The notes: generated by a model not told the origin, from the letters alone. A DNA stretch of 64,000 bases from Eledone cirrhosa (GCA_964016885.1 OZ024758.1:8804001-8868000), one strand, 5' to 3'; numbered from the stretch's first letter, positions 14,704-30,091 are shown. Made by a program: numbers and translations.

Positions 14704-14952
14704 ATATAAGGAAAATAAATCGAAAATGCAACTCGAGTCCTTTTAAGAATATTTATTTGTTTCCGTTACCGGTTTCACAATTCTTATGATTTTCAAAAGT
14801 AGAATGAGATGGAGGGTTTCTGCAAGTAAAACCATAAACCCTCCATCTCAATTCTACTTTTAAAGATCATAAGAATTGTGAAAGCGGTAAAGGAAACAAA
14901 TAAATATTCTTAAAAAGACTCCAGTTGCATTTTCGATTTCTTTTCCTTATAT
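14704..14952. repeat. Long inverted repeat (116/117-bp arms, 16-nt loop) with a degenerate hammerhead in each arm
   Basis: Arms differ at about 7 substitutions and 1 indel by eye; consensus TTGAAGA-tcataagaattgt-GAAA-CCGG-TA. Confidence 0.9.
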
Positions 14953-15022
14953 TTTCCCTTGTGGAGTACATCTCGTTTTTTTTTATTTAAAAAAACAACC
15001 TCATTTTCTTATATATATATAC

Positions 15023-15067
<45 letters not shown>

Positions 15068-15073
15068 TATATA

Positions 15074-15123
15074 CATGTCTCTCAGACATGACACCCTTAA
15101 TTTAATTTTGGATATATATGTAC

Positions 15124-15155
<32 letters not shown>

Positions 15156-15193
15156 CCAAAATTAAATTAAGGGTGTCATGTCTGAGAGACATG
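15074..15193. repeat. Perfect inverted repeat (>40-bp arms) around a TA run
   Basis: catgtctctcagacatgacacccttaatttaattttggata and its exact reverse complement. Confidence 0.92.
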
Positions 15194-15208
15194 CGCCATA
15201 TTTCTAGT

Positions 15209-15300
<92 letters not shown>

Positions 15301-15356
15301 ATATATATATACGTATACGTATATATACATATATTTATAGATATATACATATATAA

Positions 15357-15395
<39 letters not shown>

Positions 15396-15466
15396 TATAT
15401 ATATATATATATATATAAACACATATTTATACACATATATATACATATATATATACATATTTCTAA

Positions 15467-15542
<76 letters not shown>

Positions 15543-15659
15543 ACATATGTATGCATATATGTATACACATATATATTTATAGATTTATATTATATGTAAT
15601 ACATATATATGCATACATATATATGTATGCATATATATTATATATATAGATATATTCCC

Positions 15660-15738
<79 letters not shown>

Positions 15739-16025
15739 CGTATATATATACGTATGTATATATATACGTATATATAAATATATATATATATATACGTATA
15801 TATAAATATATATATATATATATATACGTATATATAAATATATATACGTATATATAAATATATATATATATATACGTATATATAAATATATATACGTATA
15901 TATAAATATATATATATATATATATACATACGTTTATAAATGTGTATATAAATTACAGCTTTCATATATATGTCTGAGTAAATACTTATTTACCTACATA
16001 TCTCAAGTCTGTGTGTGGATGTGTG

Positions 16026-16065
<40 letters not shown>

Positions 16066-16191
16066 TGTCTATATAGATGTAACTGCGCGTGTATATGCGT
16101 GATACGTGTATATTAGTTTATACGTTTATCCTCATGTATATAATATGTATATAGAGAGTTTATCAACATACATACAGACTCATGCAAATAT

Positions 16192-16318
<127 letters not shown>

Positions 16319-16457
16319 TATGTGTGTGTGTGCGTGTGTGCGTGTGTGTGTTTGTGTGTGTGCGCAATGCGCATACATATTTAGATAAAAGGACATCTAA
16401 TCATGCAATTATATATATGTGTTTGTGTTTGAGTGTGTGTATATATAAATGTATGCA

Positions 16458-16484
<27 letters not shown>

Positions 16485-16488
<4 letters not shown>

Positions 16489-16651
16489 TACTTCAAAATA
16501 TTAATAAATATAGACATTCATCTGATCAAATATATTTTATTATACATATTTCAGAGGTACTGTTGAAATAGCTCAGTACCTCTGAAATATGTAAAATAAA
16601 ATATACTTAATCTCATGAGTGTCTATTTTTGTTAATATTTTGAAGTAATAT
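16485..16651. repeat. Imperfect inverted repeat (~78-bp arms, 20-bp perfect core, 11-nt loop)
   Basis: tacatatttcagaggtactg / cagtacctctgaaatatgta; outer atattacttcaaaatattaa / ttaatattttgaagtaatat. Confidence 0.9.
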
Positions 16652-16746
16652 TCATAACTCCAGAAGACCTCATTGTTGAGTGCTTCTAATCTATTGTTAA
16701 ACTTTATTCATTCATTAATCAATGAACCTTGTTAAACTTTTGATTT

Positions 16747-18618
<1,872 letters not shown>

Positions 18619-19991
18619 AAAGTATTCGGGAGTGAAGAGGCAAAAAAAGGAATCTACTAATTATTTTGCCTGTTTATGTTTAGTTTTTACTGTACTAAAC
18701 ACATAGTTTCATATTTAGTATTCATTTTTATACATTTGTGCGCAAACTGCGTACATGTGTATATATATATATACATATATTTATGTGTGTATGTGTATAC
18801 AATACATACATACATACATTCATACAGCCATATATACATACATACAGCCATATGTACGTACATACATACAGCCATATATACGTACATACATACAGCCCTA
18901 TATTCATACATATATATACAACCGTATATACGTTTATACTCATCAATGAGTACTCGAGAGTTGTTTGATGTCCCTCTAACTTCTGATGCCTGTTGGTCGT
19001 TATTTCACTGAACTGGAAACTGTTTTGTATCTCAGCTAAACCTTTTCCGACCTAAATACTCTACCACGGCCGTATTTAACCCCCATACTTTCAAACGACG
19101 CGCACACATGCGCGCGCAGACACACACGCGCATACACACACACGCGCGCATACACACACGCGCGCGCATACACACACGCGCGCGCATACGCACACAATGA
19201 ATCAAAGAAGAAGCCTAAATAGAAAGCAAATCTTCTTCGAACCACATCCTTCCGTCATCAAAAGAAAGGATACATTTGCATGATATAGTCCTATATATAT
19301 ATATACACACTATATCTGAGGGAAAGAGAGGATGGTCACGGCGGGAATGTCTTCGATCATAAGCCTGTTCGATCAGGGATGAACTACGCCGGAGTATCAA
19401 CAACAACACTCAGTCTCACACCATACACTCAGTCTACACCTCTACATACTATCTGAGTGAAAGATAGGATGGTCATGGCCGGAATGTTTTTGATCATAAG
19501 CATGCTCGATCAAAGATAATCCACGCCAGAGTAACAACAACAGCAACACCCACAGACGCATGCGCTCATGCACTCTCACACACACACACATTTCTACATA
19601 CAAAAACCTTCAAACATAAAAAAAACAAAAAGGCAAATTATGAAAAGTATAAAATCCCAAAGAATGATGCTATAATAAAAATGCTGGACCAAAAGACGGA
19701 TGTATATATATAATAAATTAAATTAAAGATCATTCATTAAAACATTATTTTTGTTGTTTGTTTTGCTGGTGTATGTGAGGAAGGAAGCCTCCCATGGTTC
19801 AAGAGAAAAGGTGTAGAACTGCCAATCAATGAATCGATCTATTGTGTCTATTGATCTGCCAATCAATGAATCTATCTATTGTATCTATTGATCAGCCAAT
19901 CGATGAATCTATCTATTGTATATCACCCGACACTGTACTATGTAGCTCTAAGACTTTCATCTCTTTCCTGGACCCAGTATATGGAGATACG

Positions 19992-21920
19992 GTGGTCATT
20001 ATACAGAGAGGTCATCAGTAATATAGTGGTCATTATACCGAGAGGTCAACAGTAATATAGTGGTCATTATACCGAGAGGTCAACAGTAATATAGTGGTCA
20101 TTATACCGAGAGGTCAACAGTAATATAGTGGTCATTATACCGAGAGGTCATCAGTAATATAGTGGTCATTATACCGAGAGGTCATCAGTAATATAGTGGT
20201 CATTATACCGAGAGGTCAACAATAGTGGTCATTATACCGAGAGGTCATCAGAAATATAGTGGTCATTATACCGAGAGGTCATCAGTAATATAGTGGTCAT
20301 TATACCGAGAGGTCAACAGTAATATAGTGGTCATTATACCGAGAGGTCATCAGTAATATAGTGGTCATTATACCGAGAGGTCATCAGTAATATAGTGGAC
20401 ATTATATCGAGAGGTCATCAGTAATGCAGTAGTCATTATACCGAGAGGTCATCAGTAATATAGTGGTCATTATACCGAGAGGTCATCAGTAATATAGTGG
20501 TCATTATACCGAGAGGTCAACAGTAATATAGTGGTCACTATACCGAGAGGTCAACAGTAATACAGTGGTCATTATACCGAGAGGTCATCAGTAATATAGT
20601 GGACATTATACCGAGAGGTCATCAGTAATGCAGTGGTCATTATACCGAGAGGTCAACAGTAATACAGTGGTCATTATACCGAGAGGTCAACAGTAATACA
20701 GTGGTCATTATAGCGAGAGGTCAACAGTAATACAGTGGTCATTATACCGAGAGGTCAACAGTAATACAGTGGTCATTATACCGAGAGGTCAACCACAATA
20801 TAGTGGTCATTATACCGAGAGGTCAACAGTAATACAGTGGTCATTATACCGAGAGGTCAACCACAATACAGTGGCCATTATACCGAGAGGTCAACAGTAA
20901 TACAGTGGTCATTATACCGAGAGGTCAACCACAATGCAGTGGTCATTATACCAAGAGGTCAACAGTAATACAGTGGTCATTATACCGAGAGGTCAACCAC
21001 AATGTAGTGGCCATTATACCGAGAGGTCAACAGTAATATAGGTCATTATACCGAGAGGTCAACCACAATACAGAGGTCATTATACCGAGAGGTCAACAGT
21101 AATATAGGTCATTATACCGAGAGGTCAACCACAATATAGTGGTCATTATACCGAGAGGTCATCAGTAATGCAGTGGTCATTATACCGAGAGGTCAACCAC
21201 AATGCAGTGGCCATTATACCGAGAGGTCAACAGTAATATAGGTCATTATACCGAGAGGTCAACCACAATACAGAGGTCATTATACCGAGAGGTCAACAGT
21301 AATATAGGTCATTATACCGAGAGGTCAACCGCAATACAGTGGTCATTATACCGAGAGGTCATTATACCAAGAGGTCATCGGTAATGCAGTGGTCATTATA
21401 CCGAGAGGTCAACCACAATACAGTGATCATTATACCGAGAGGTCAACCACAATACAGTGGTCATTATACCGAGAGGTTATCAGTAATGCAGAGGTCATTA
21501 TACCGAGAGGTCAACCACAATACAGTGGTCATTATACCGAGAGGTCAACCACAATAGTGGTCATTATACCGAGAGGTCAACAGTAATACAGAGGTCATTA
21601 TACCGAGAGGTCATCAGTAATACGGTGGTCATTATACCGAGAGGTCAACAGTAATACAGTGGTCATTATACCGAGAGGTCAACAGTAATACAGTGGTCAT
21701 TATACCGAGAGGTCAACCACAATATAGTGGTCATTATACCGAGAGGTCAACCACAATGCAGTGGTCATTATACCGAGAGGTCAACAGTAATACAGAGGTC
21801 ATTATACCGAGAGGTCAACCACAATACAGAGGTCATTATACCGAGAGGTCAACAGTAATATAGAGGTCATTATACCGAGAGGTCAACCACAATACAGTGG
21901 TCATTATACCGAGAGGTCAA
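19992..21920. repeat. 34-bp minisatellite (~57 copies)
   Basis: Unit gtggtcattataccgagaggtcaacagtaatata with variants. Confidence 0.97.
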
Positions 21921-22033
21921 TGACTTTTATCTTTCTGGGATCATTAAAATATTGAACCAATCAAATAGTGGGATCGATATAATCGACTTCCCCCTCCTCA
22001 ACAAAACGGGAACTATTATTATTATTGCTGTTG

Positions 22034-22224
22034 GGCGGTGAGTTGGCAGTATCGGTAGAGGGTCGGACGCTATGCTTTCCAGCATAGAGTTACGTCCCTT
22101 TACGGACTGAGTTCAAATCCCGCCGAGGTTAATTTTGCCTTTCATCTTTACGGGATCGATAAAATAAAGTACCAGTAATACACTGGGGGTAATTGCTGGC
22201 CTTGTGCCAAAAGTAGAAACAATT
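22034..22224 (+). mobile_element. Meta-domain SINE, full length
   Basis: ggcggtgagttggcagtatcgg…gagttcaaatcc…agtagaaacaatt. Confidence 0.9.
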
Positions 22225-22349
22225 ATTGTTGTTGTAAGGGCGGTGGATTGGGTGGTAGGAGGTGTAGAAGAAACGGTGGGGAGGAAGGAGTTGTAAAATG
22301 AGGAAAAGGAGAAATGAGAGGGGGGGCTGATGGTGGTGGTGATGGTCAG

Positions 22350-23560
22350 GGATGGAGTGAGAGTGAGAGAGAGTTGACAGAATGTGAGGGGGAAAGAGGG
22401 AGAGAGTGTGAGGGGGAGTGTGAGGGAGAGAGAGAGTGAGAGAGGGAGGAGAGAGAGTGTGTGAGGGGGAGAGAGTGTGTGAGGGGGGAGTGTGTGAGAG
22501 TGAGAGAGAGTGTGTGAGGGGGAGAGAGTGTGTGAGGGGGGGGTGAGAGTGAGAGAGAGTGTGTGAGGGGGAGAGAGTGTGTGAGGGGGAGGAGAGAGAG
22601 GGGGGAGAGTGTGTGAGAGTGGGAGGAGAGAGAGTGTGAGGGGGAAAGAGAGAGTGTGAGGGGGAAAGAGAGGGTGTGCGGGGGGTGAGAGGGAAAGAGT
22701 GAGAGAGTGTGAGAGAGGTAGGAGAGAGAGTGTGAGGGGGAAAGAGAGAGTGTGAGGGGGAAAGAGAGAGTGTGAGGGGGAAAGAGAGAGACAGAGAGAG
22801 AGAGAGTGAGAGAGTAAGAGAAAGGAGAGAAGCAGGAGGAAGGGGAAGTCTGATAAATATCAGTGAAGGACAGAAAGGTTGACAGGAAGAATCTGTGCCT
22901 AAAACTGATAGAGATCAATGAGATCAATAAATATAGAAAACGATCAGGTTTACAATGTTTTCAGGGCGAAATGATGTGGACGACATATTGAAAGTGGGAC
23001 AAGAGTTGGTTGTAACATGGAGGTGTGGTGTGGTGTGGTGTAGTGTAGTGTAGTGTGTTGGGGTGTAGTGTAGTATGGTGTAGTGTGTTGGGGTGTAGTG
23101 TAGTGTGGTGTAGTGTAGTGTGATGTAGTGTGTTGTAGTGTGGTGTAGTGTAGTGTGGTGTAGTGTAGTGTGGTGTGGTGTGGTGTGATGTGGGGTGTAG
23201 TGTAGTGTGGTGTAGTGTGTTGGGAAGTAGTGTGGTGTGGTGTGGTGTGGTATGGTGTGGTGTAGTGTAGTGTAGTGTAGTGTAGTGTAGTGTAGTGTAG
23301 TGTAGTGTAGTGTAGTGTAGTGTAGTGTAGTGTAGTGTAGTGTAGTGTAGTGTAGTGTAGTGTAGTGTAGTGTAGTGTGGTGTGGTGTGGTGTGGTGTGG
23401 TGTGGTATGGTGTGGTGTAGTGTGGTGTGGTGTAGTGTGGTGTAGTGTAGTGTAGTGTTGTGTGGTGTGGAGTAGTGTGGTGTGGTGTGGACTAGTGTAG
23501 TGTAGTGTGGTGTGGTGTTGTGTAGTGGACTGTGGTGGAGTGTGGTGTAGTGGAGTGTAT
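22350..23560. repeat. GA/GT-rich low-complexity tract and (GTGTA/GTGTG)n pentamer satellite
   Basis: Direct reading. Confidence 0.9.
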
Positions 23561-23727
23561 TGGTGCTTTCCACTTGTCCATATTGTGTAGCGCCTGAACT
23601 ACTTCTTGCCTTATTGCTTTCCAATTATATATTCTGTTGTAGTTTAATGTCATTTACTTTATTGCATGCTTTTTGTGGTTTCTTTCTTGTGGGGTGGCTT
23701 TCATTTTGTGCCGTATTGAAGACTGTA

Positions 23728-23900
23728 GTTGATTCCTCCTCTATATCTCTTCCTCACTTCTATTCTCTCACTTTGTATCCTTCTCTGGAAGAAATCTGCT
23801 GCATTCAGACCTGGAGGGGAGTTGGGCTTCACCAGGTTTTAAAGAATGTCATAGAAACGCCGTCCCTACGACTCCCTCTGGAATTACGAGACTAGACAGA
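23728..23900 (+). mobile_element. 3' tail of the long SINE subfamily
   Basis: Homologous to the reverse complement of 48520-48690; related pieces at ~28905, ~35375 (-) and ~49520. Confidence 0.7.
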
Positions 23901-24809
23901 CGTAATAATCCTACAGACAAAAATAAAGGGATGCCACAGAATTCTTCTTTCTACTCCTTTTCTGCCTAGCATTATTTAACTATCGATAAAATAAAGTACC
24001 AGTAATACACTGGGTAATTTGCTGGCCTTGTGCCAAAAGTAGAAACAATTATTTAACTAACACGTCATAATACACCAATCTGGACTCAGATATAGATATC
24101 AATGGAAGACAAACTATCCTTTGTATATGAATGACCCCAAGTTGTGTTCTATAGATGTCAGACAACTGTTAATATTGTTATATACCATAGACAGATTCAG
24201 CAGAAATTTGATTTAGAAAATTGCACCAAGTTAAACTTGAAATGAAGAAAATTAGTATTTTTAAAAAAACATCAATATCATATTAGATAAAGAAACGGAG
24301 ATAAACGATATAAATCAGACACAAACTTACAAATATTTAGAAACTGATGAACTAAAAGATGTACATAAAAAGAAAAGCTTTGGAAGGAATATTACAGACG
24401 CCTTATATTAATACTTATAACAATAATAAAAATGAAAACTATGTCATATGTATTAATATCCTCGCTGTTCTAATAAGTTAGGGCTATAAGTTTCGTAATT
24501 GGAAGCAAAATAAATTAGAATGACTAGACAGAAAAACACGGAAAATATTAATTACATCTAGAATACAGTATACAAAAAAACAACAGAGAAAGATTTCAAT
24601 TACTACAGAACGGTACAAATCTTCTGTAACTTGAAGACTATAATAAAACAATTGTTGATCTGCCCAGTGGTCAAGTGAGATTCACAGTGGAACATTGCTC
24701 TGACCTCTAGCACGACGCTTCTGTTACACAGAGACAACATACGAAGCTCAGCTAAAATGTTCATAGACGCAACAACTTTGATCCCGAGGACATAACTCAA
24801 TCGAAGCAA

Positions 24810-25400
24810 TGGCTGCCCGGGGGTGGAAGTGGGGCAGTCAAGGCAAAATCGGAGTGTTCAAGAGGGAAGGTCACGGCTACTGTCTTCTGAGATGCAGAGG
24901 GGATTTTGCTGGTTGACTTCCCCGAGAACAAGAAAACAATTACAGCTGCATATTATGAAGGCGTTTTGAGAAAACTGGTCAAGAAAATCGCAGAGAAACG
25001 CCCGGGGAAGCTACATCGGTGTGTCCTCTTCCACCATGACAATGAGGTCATGGTGCTCGGCAGACACGAGCTGTGTTACGTGAATTTCGATGGGAAATCA
25101 TCCGACACCCACCTTACAGTCCCGATTTAGCCCCGTCTGACTTCTTTTTGTTTCCAAACCTGAACAAATCATTGAAAGGTACCCACTTTCCATCAGTTGA
25201 AGATGTAAAAAAAAAAAGCTGCTTTGACATGGTTTAAATCACATGGCCCTCAATTTTACACAGATAGAATGAAAGGCTAGTATCAACGTTTGCAGAAGTG
25301 TATTGACCTAGAAGGAGTATATGTTGAAAAATAAACATCATACTTTAAACCGTTTTTTCCAACTGTCCTTTTTCCACGAACCTTTTCAAGCTCCCTCGTA
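24810..25400 (+). mobile_element. Mariner (DD34D) transposase remnant with 3' TIR
   Basis: GKVTATVF*DAEGILLVDF…LFHHDN…HPPYSPDLAPSDFFLF; ends ccttttcaagctccctcg-TA. Confidence 0.92.
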
Positions 25401-25407
25401 CAGTACA

Positions 25408-25445
25408 AAGTTTCATACACTTAACATGTTAAGTGTATGAAACTT
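25408..25445. repeat. Perfect 38-bp palindrome
   Basis: aagtttcatacacttaaca|tgttaagtgtatgaaactt. Confidence 0.95.
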
Positions 25446-25662
25446 GTTTATACTAAATAAACTTTCTTGCAAAAGACTGAGAACTGTTTTCCTTGATATT
25501 TCATCTACGGATTTCAATCCAAGAACAGGTGTTTTGCCTGCATCCCTATCTCTTTTATGAATCAGGTATTTTGCGTTGATTTCCCGTTCTTGGATTCATA
25601 TATATATATATATATATATACATCTATTTACATATATATATATATCTATTTATATATAGATG

Positions 25663-25737
<75 letters not shown>

Positions 25738-25967
25738 TCTGTGTATCGTGTCTATGAAATTATATATACCCGTTAAATCTAATACATTCCAGAGGCCCTG
25801 GAAATAATATAGTTATTTTATTTAAATGTGACTAGAATTTACAAAAGTAAATATAGAATATACATACATACATATACATATATATACACACACACATATA
25901 TACATGTGTGTGTGTATATATATATGTAGTATGAAGGAGTCGGGACCCCATATATATATATATATAT

Positions 25968-26002
<35 letters not shown>

Positions 26003-26196
26003 AATGAACGGGCTCTCCGTGGAGAGATATGATCAGAAAATATCTTATTATACATGAACATATGTCTTTATATATATGTCTATTATATATAGTTCGGAAT
26101 AACAGAAAACAAAAAACAAAAAAACAGACAAACGCAGGAGTAAATGTTACAAACATTATTAGTTTCACGATTGGTGAGAGTGGGGTGTATGGTTGC

Positions 26197-26224
26197 GACG
26201 TTTCGGACATAAGCCCTTCATCAA
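26197..26224 (-). ncRNA. Degenerate minimal hammerhead motif
   Basis: Minus strand TTGATGA-A-GGGC-ttat-GTCC-GAAA-CG-TC; C3U variant, weak stem I. Confidence 0.6.
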
Positions 26225-26296
26225 GAGAGTGTGGGGGAAGGAGGTGGGGGCTCCGAGAAGGAGTAAGGAGGAGTTAGCGAAAAAAATAGAAATAAA

Positions 26297-26327
<31 letters not shown>

Positions 26328-26426
26328 AGAGTGTGTGTATGTGTAAGTATGTGTGTGTCTCTGTCTCTGTGCGTGTGTCTATGTGTGAGTGCGTTTGTTT
26401 CTGTGTCTGTCTCTGTACATACATAC

Positions 26427-26460
<34 letters not shown>

Positions 26461-27410
26461 TTGTGTCTGTGTGTGTTTGAGTGTATGTGTTTGTCTGAGT
26501 ATCTGTGTCGGTGTGTGTGTGTGTGTGTATGCATGTCTATGTGCGCGTGTGTGCATGTCTGTGTGTATATGTGTGTGTGTGTGCATGAGTGTGTGTGCGT
26601 GTGTGTGTGCATGTGTGTGCGTGTGTGTGCGTGTCTGTGTGTGCATGTCTGCGTGCGCGTGTGTGCATGTCTCTGTGTGTGTGTGTGTGCATGAGTGTGT
26701 GTGCGTGTGTGTGTGAATGTGTGCATGCATGTGTGTGCGTGTCTATGTGTGTGTGTGTGTGTGCATGTATGTGTGTGCGTGTGTGTGTGTGCATGTCTAT
26801 GTGCGCGTGTGTGCATGTCTGTGTGTGTGTGTGTGTGCATGAGTGTGTGTGCGTGTCTGTATAAAAGATAGTATGTTATAGGTGAAGGGGTTTGCTAGCT
26901 ATTTCTAACACAACCAAAATATCCAATAAACGATCTTCCTCGTTGCCATGCCTTCTGCTATAACAGATAATTTACAGCAGACATTATCGATATCTTATAA
27001 TGTTCTTCTTCTCTTACTTATTCAGTACTCGATAGCTATGTCATGTTCCCAGGTCGTCAACTCAATTATGATATATTTATTGCACCTCCTAGAGTAGTGT
27101 TTTCTCTCTTTCCCCGTGTCTCTCTACTTCTAACTTTGCACGTCCTACGGCTGACAGGCTAAATCCCCCCACGTTCCAATATTTCGTTTTGATGGGTCTG
27201 TTGTCTGTTGTCCAGCTACTGTAAGTATTCCACTGTTTGCTGTATTTATTGCAGAACATTCTCCCTTCTCTGGTATTATCATTTATCACGTATCAATATG
27301 TTTATGAGGTGACCTCTTGTTGTGTTTTTATTTCCTTATTTGTTCAGAGAGCTGAGGTCTAAATAATTCATACGACATTAAAGAGACATTCATTTATATA
27401 TTAGTGTGTG

Positions 27411-27494
<84 letters not shown>

Positions 27495-27560
27495 TGTGTA
27501 TGTAGGTGCGTGAGTATGTATATATGTACACACAGACACACACAGACACACACATAGATG

Positions 27561-27766
27561 TACGAGAGTGGGCTGAAAAGTTCATAGGTTTCACTAAGAC
27601 GGAGTGATGCTAGGGCTGTGAAATCTTGCATGCATGCATTAATTTCAACTCTTCTTTATTAATAACTGAATTGTTTGTTTCTAGGGACTACGTTGAAACA
27701 TAAACCACGTTTGGTCATTCCATGAGAGTATCTTGGTCAGCCTATCAACGGTTCAGCCGACCCGCG

Positions 27767-27768
<2 letters not shown>
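27561..27768. mobile_element. Mariner-type MITE (~200 bp, TA flanks)
   Basis: TIR-like ends tacgagagtgggctgaaaagttcatagg…cctatcaacggttcagccgacccgcgta; five related copies in the window. Confidence 0.85.
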
Positions 27769-27769
<1 letters not shown>

Positions 27770-27798
<29 letters not shown>

Positions 27799-27804
27799 CG
27801 TGCG

Positions 27805-27902
<98 letters not shown>

Positions 27903-27919
27903 TGTGCACGTGTGTGTGC

Positions 27920-27951
<32 letters not shown>

Positions 27952-27954
27952 GCG

Positions 27955-28001
<47 letters not shown>

Positions 28002-28067
28002 GCGTGTGTGTGTGTGTGTGTATGTGTGTGTGTGTGTGCGTGTGCGTGTGCGTGTGTGCGTGTGTGT

Positions 28068-28148
<81 letters not shown>

Positions 28149-28152
28149 CGTG

Positions 28153-28184
<32 letters not shown>

Positions 28185-28252
28185 CGTGTGTGTGCGTGTG
28201 TGTGTGCGCGTGTGTATGTGTGGGTGGGGGTGGGGGTGGGGTGTATGTGTGT

Positions 28253-28294
<42 letters not shown>

Positions 28295-28316
28295 GTGTGT
28301 GTGTGTGTGGGTGGGT

Positions 28317-28365
<49 letters not shown>

Positions 28366-28390
28366 CGTGTGTGTGTGTGTGTGTGGGTGT

Positions 28391-28452
<62 letters not shown>
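27770..28452. repeat. (TG)n/(CG) alternating purine-pyrimidine tract, ~680 bp
   Basis: Direct reading. Confidence 0.95.
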
Positions 28453-28455
<3 letters not shown>

Positions 28456-28823
28456 GGGCCAGAACATTTCGTGCGGTAGGGAAAGTAGATTAAATCAACT
28501 CCAGTACTTTATTTGTACTTTATTTTATCGACCTCGGAAGGTTTGAAAGACAAAGTTGACATTGGCGGAATTTAAACATAAAACCTAATGTAGATTGGTC
28601 TGTGGAGCACAGCTGAAATACCCCCCACCTAGATTGCGGTGTAGGGTCTGGCGGTCCCTTTTTTTCTTTTTTTTTTTTTAAACAAAATGTAAATAGGAAT
28701 CCTCTGGACAATATTCTCGGATGTCAAAGTTTAGAGGAGAGGACCCCATCTTGAGACAAGTCGCAAGCAAGCCACGGAAAATAAATAAATTTGTTTAAAA
28801 ATCATCAAAATCATTAAACAAAT

Positions 28824-28886
<63 letters not shown>

Positions 28887-29089
28887 CCACGTACACACTT
28901 TCTATCCTTCTGGAAGAAATCTCCAGTAATCAGGCCGTTGTATGTCAATAAGGCGCACCCACGATTCCAGCAGGAGTTACGGGAGGACCTTACCCTACCT
29001 CATACAAAGTGACGAAACTTACTATTAATTTCAATCTCGTGGTGTGGGGGAGGGGAGGGGGGGGGATATATCTTTATTTTAGCCATTCG

Positions 29090-29698
29090 TGTCACCGCCA
29101 CCATCCCCCAACAACACCATCCCCCCCAACACCACCACCACCATTCCCAACACCACCACCACCACCATCACCGTCCCTAACACCACCACCACCACCATCC
29201 CTATCACCCCCACACCTTCCCTAACACCACCACCACCACCACCATCCCTATCACCACCACCGTCCCCAACACCACCACCACCGTCCCCAACACCACCACC
29301 ACCGTCCCCAACACCACCACCACCACCATCCCTAACACCACCACCACCACCGTCCCCGGCACCACCACCACCGTCCCCAACACCACCACCACCACCACCG
29401 TCCCTATCACCCCCACCACCTTCCCCAACACCACCACCACCACCGTCCCCGGTACCACCACCACCGTCCCCAACACCACCACCACCACCATCCCTATCAC
29501 CACCACCACCTTCCCCAACACCACCTCCACCACCGTTCCCAACACCACCACCACCACCGTCCCCAACACCACCACCACCACCATCCCTATCACCACCACC
29601 ACCTTCCCCAACACCACCACCACCACCGTCCCCAACACCACCACCACCACCGTCCCCAACACCACCACCACCACCACCGCCGTCCCCAACATCACCAA
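29090..29698. repeat. (CAC)-based degenerate minisatellite
   Basis: Units such as ccgtccccaacaccaccaccacca. Confidence 0.9.
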
Positions 29699-30091
29699 TT
29701 CCCTTCCAAGTTCTTCAGTACTTGTAAAGTCCAACTCTCGGAGCCTCTGGTGTTCTCGCGAGAACATGAGAAGCCAACATTTCATATAGGAAACATTTCT
29801 GAGACACAAACTACCCATAGATATTATCTTTTTATAATTTTTTCCTAATCAAATCAATCATTAATTATGTTAATTAGCTAATTTAATTAACGTGATACTC
29901 TAACTTTGTTTGGGTATCAATACATGTTCACCTGAACATTCAGGTACATTTCCTACCTTACAAATTGAATTCTTTCTATCTTGTGTGTGTCTGTGTGTGT
30001 GTATGTACACACATACACACACATATATATATATATATGTATATACATATATATATATATATATTTATATATACATATATATATATATATT

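Noticed and set aside
19992-21920. CRISPR-like array
   Set aside because: The variable segments are ~13 bp, near-identical and repeated. No unique spacers or cas genes, and the context is eukaryotic.
29089-29727. Extensin-like proline-rich ORF
   Set aside because: A (CAC)-based repeat open in several frames, like the other CAC/GTG tracts; no splice or start context.
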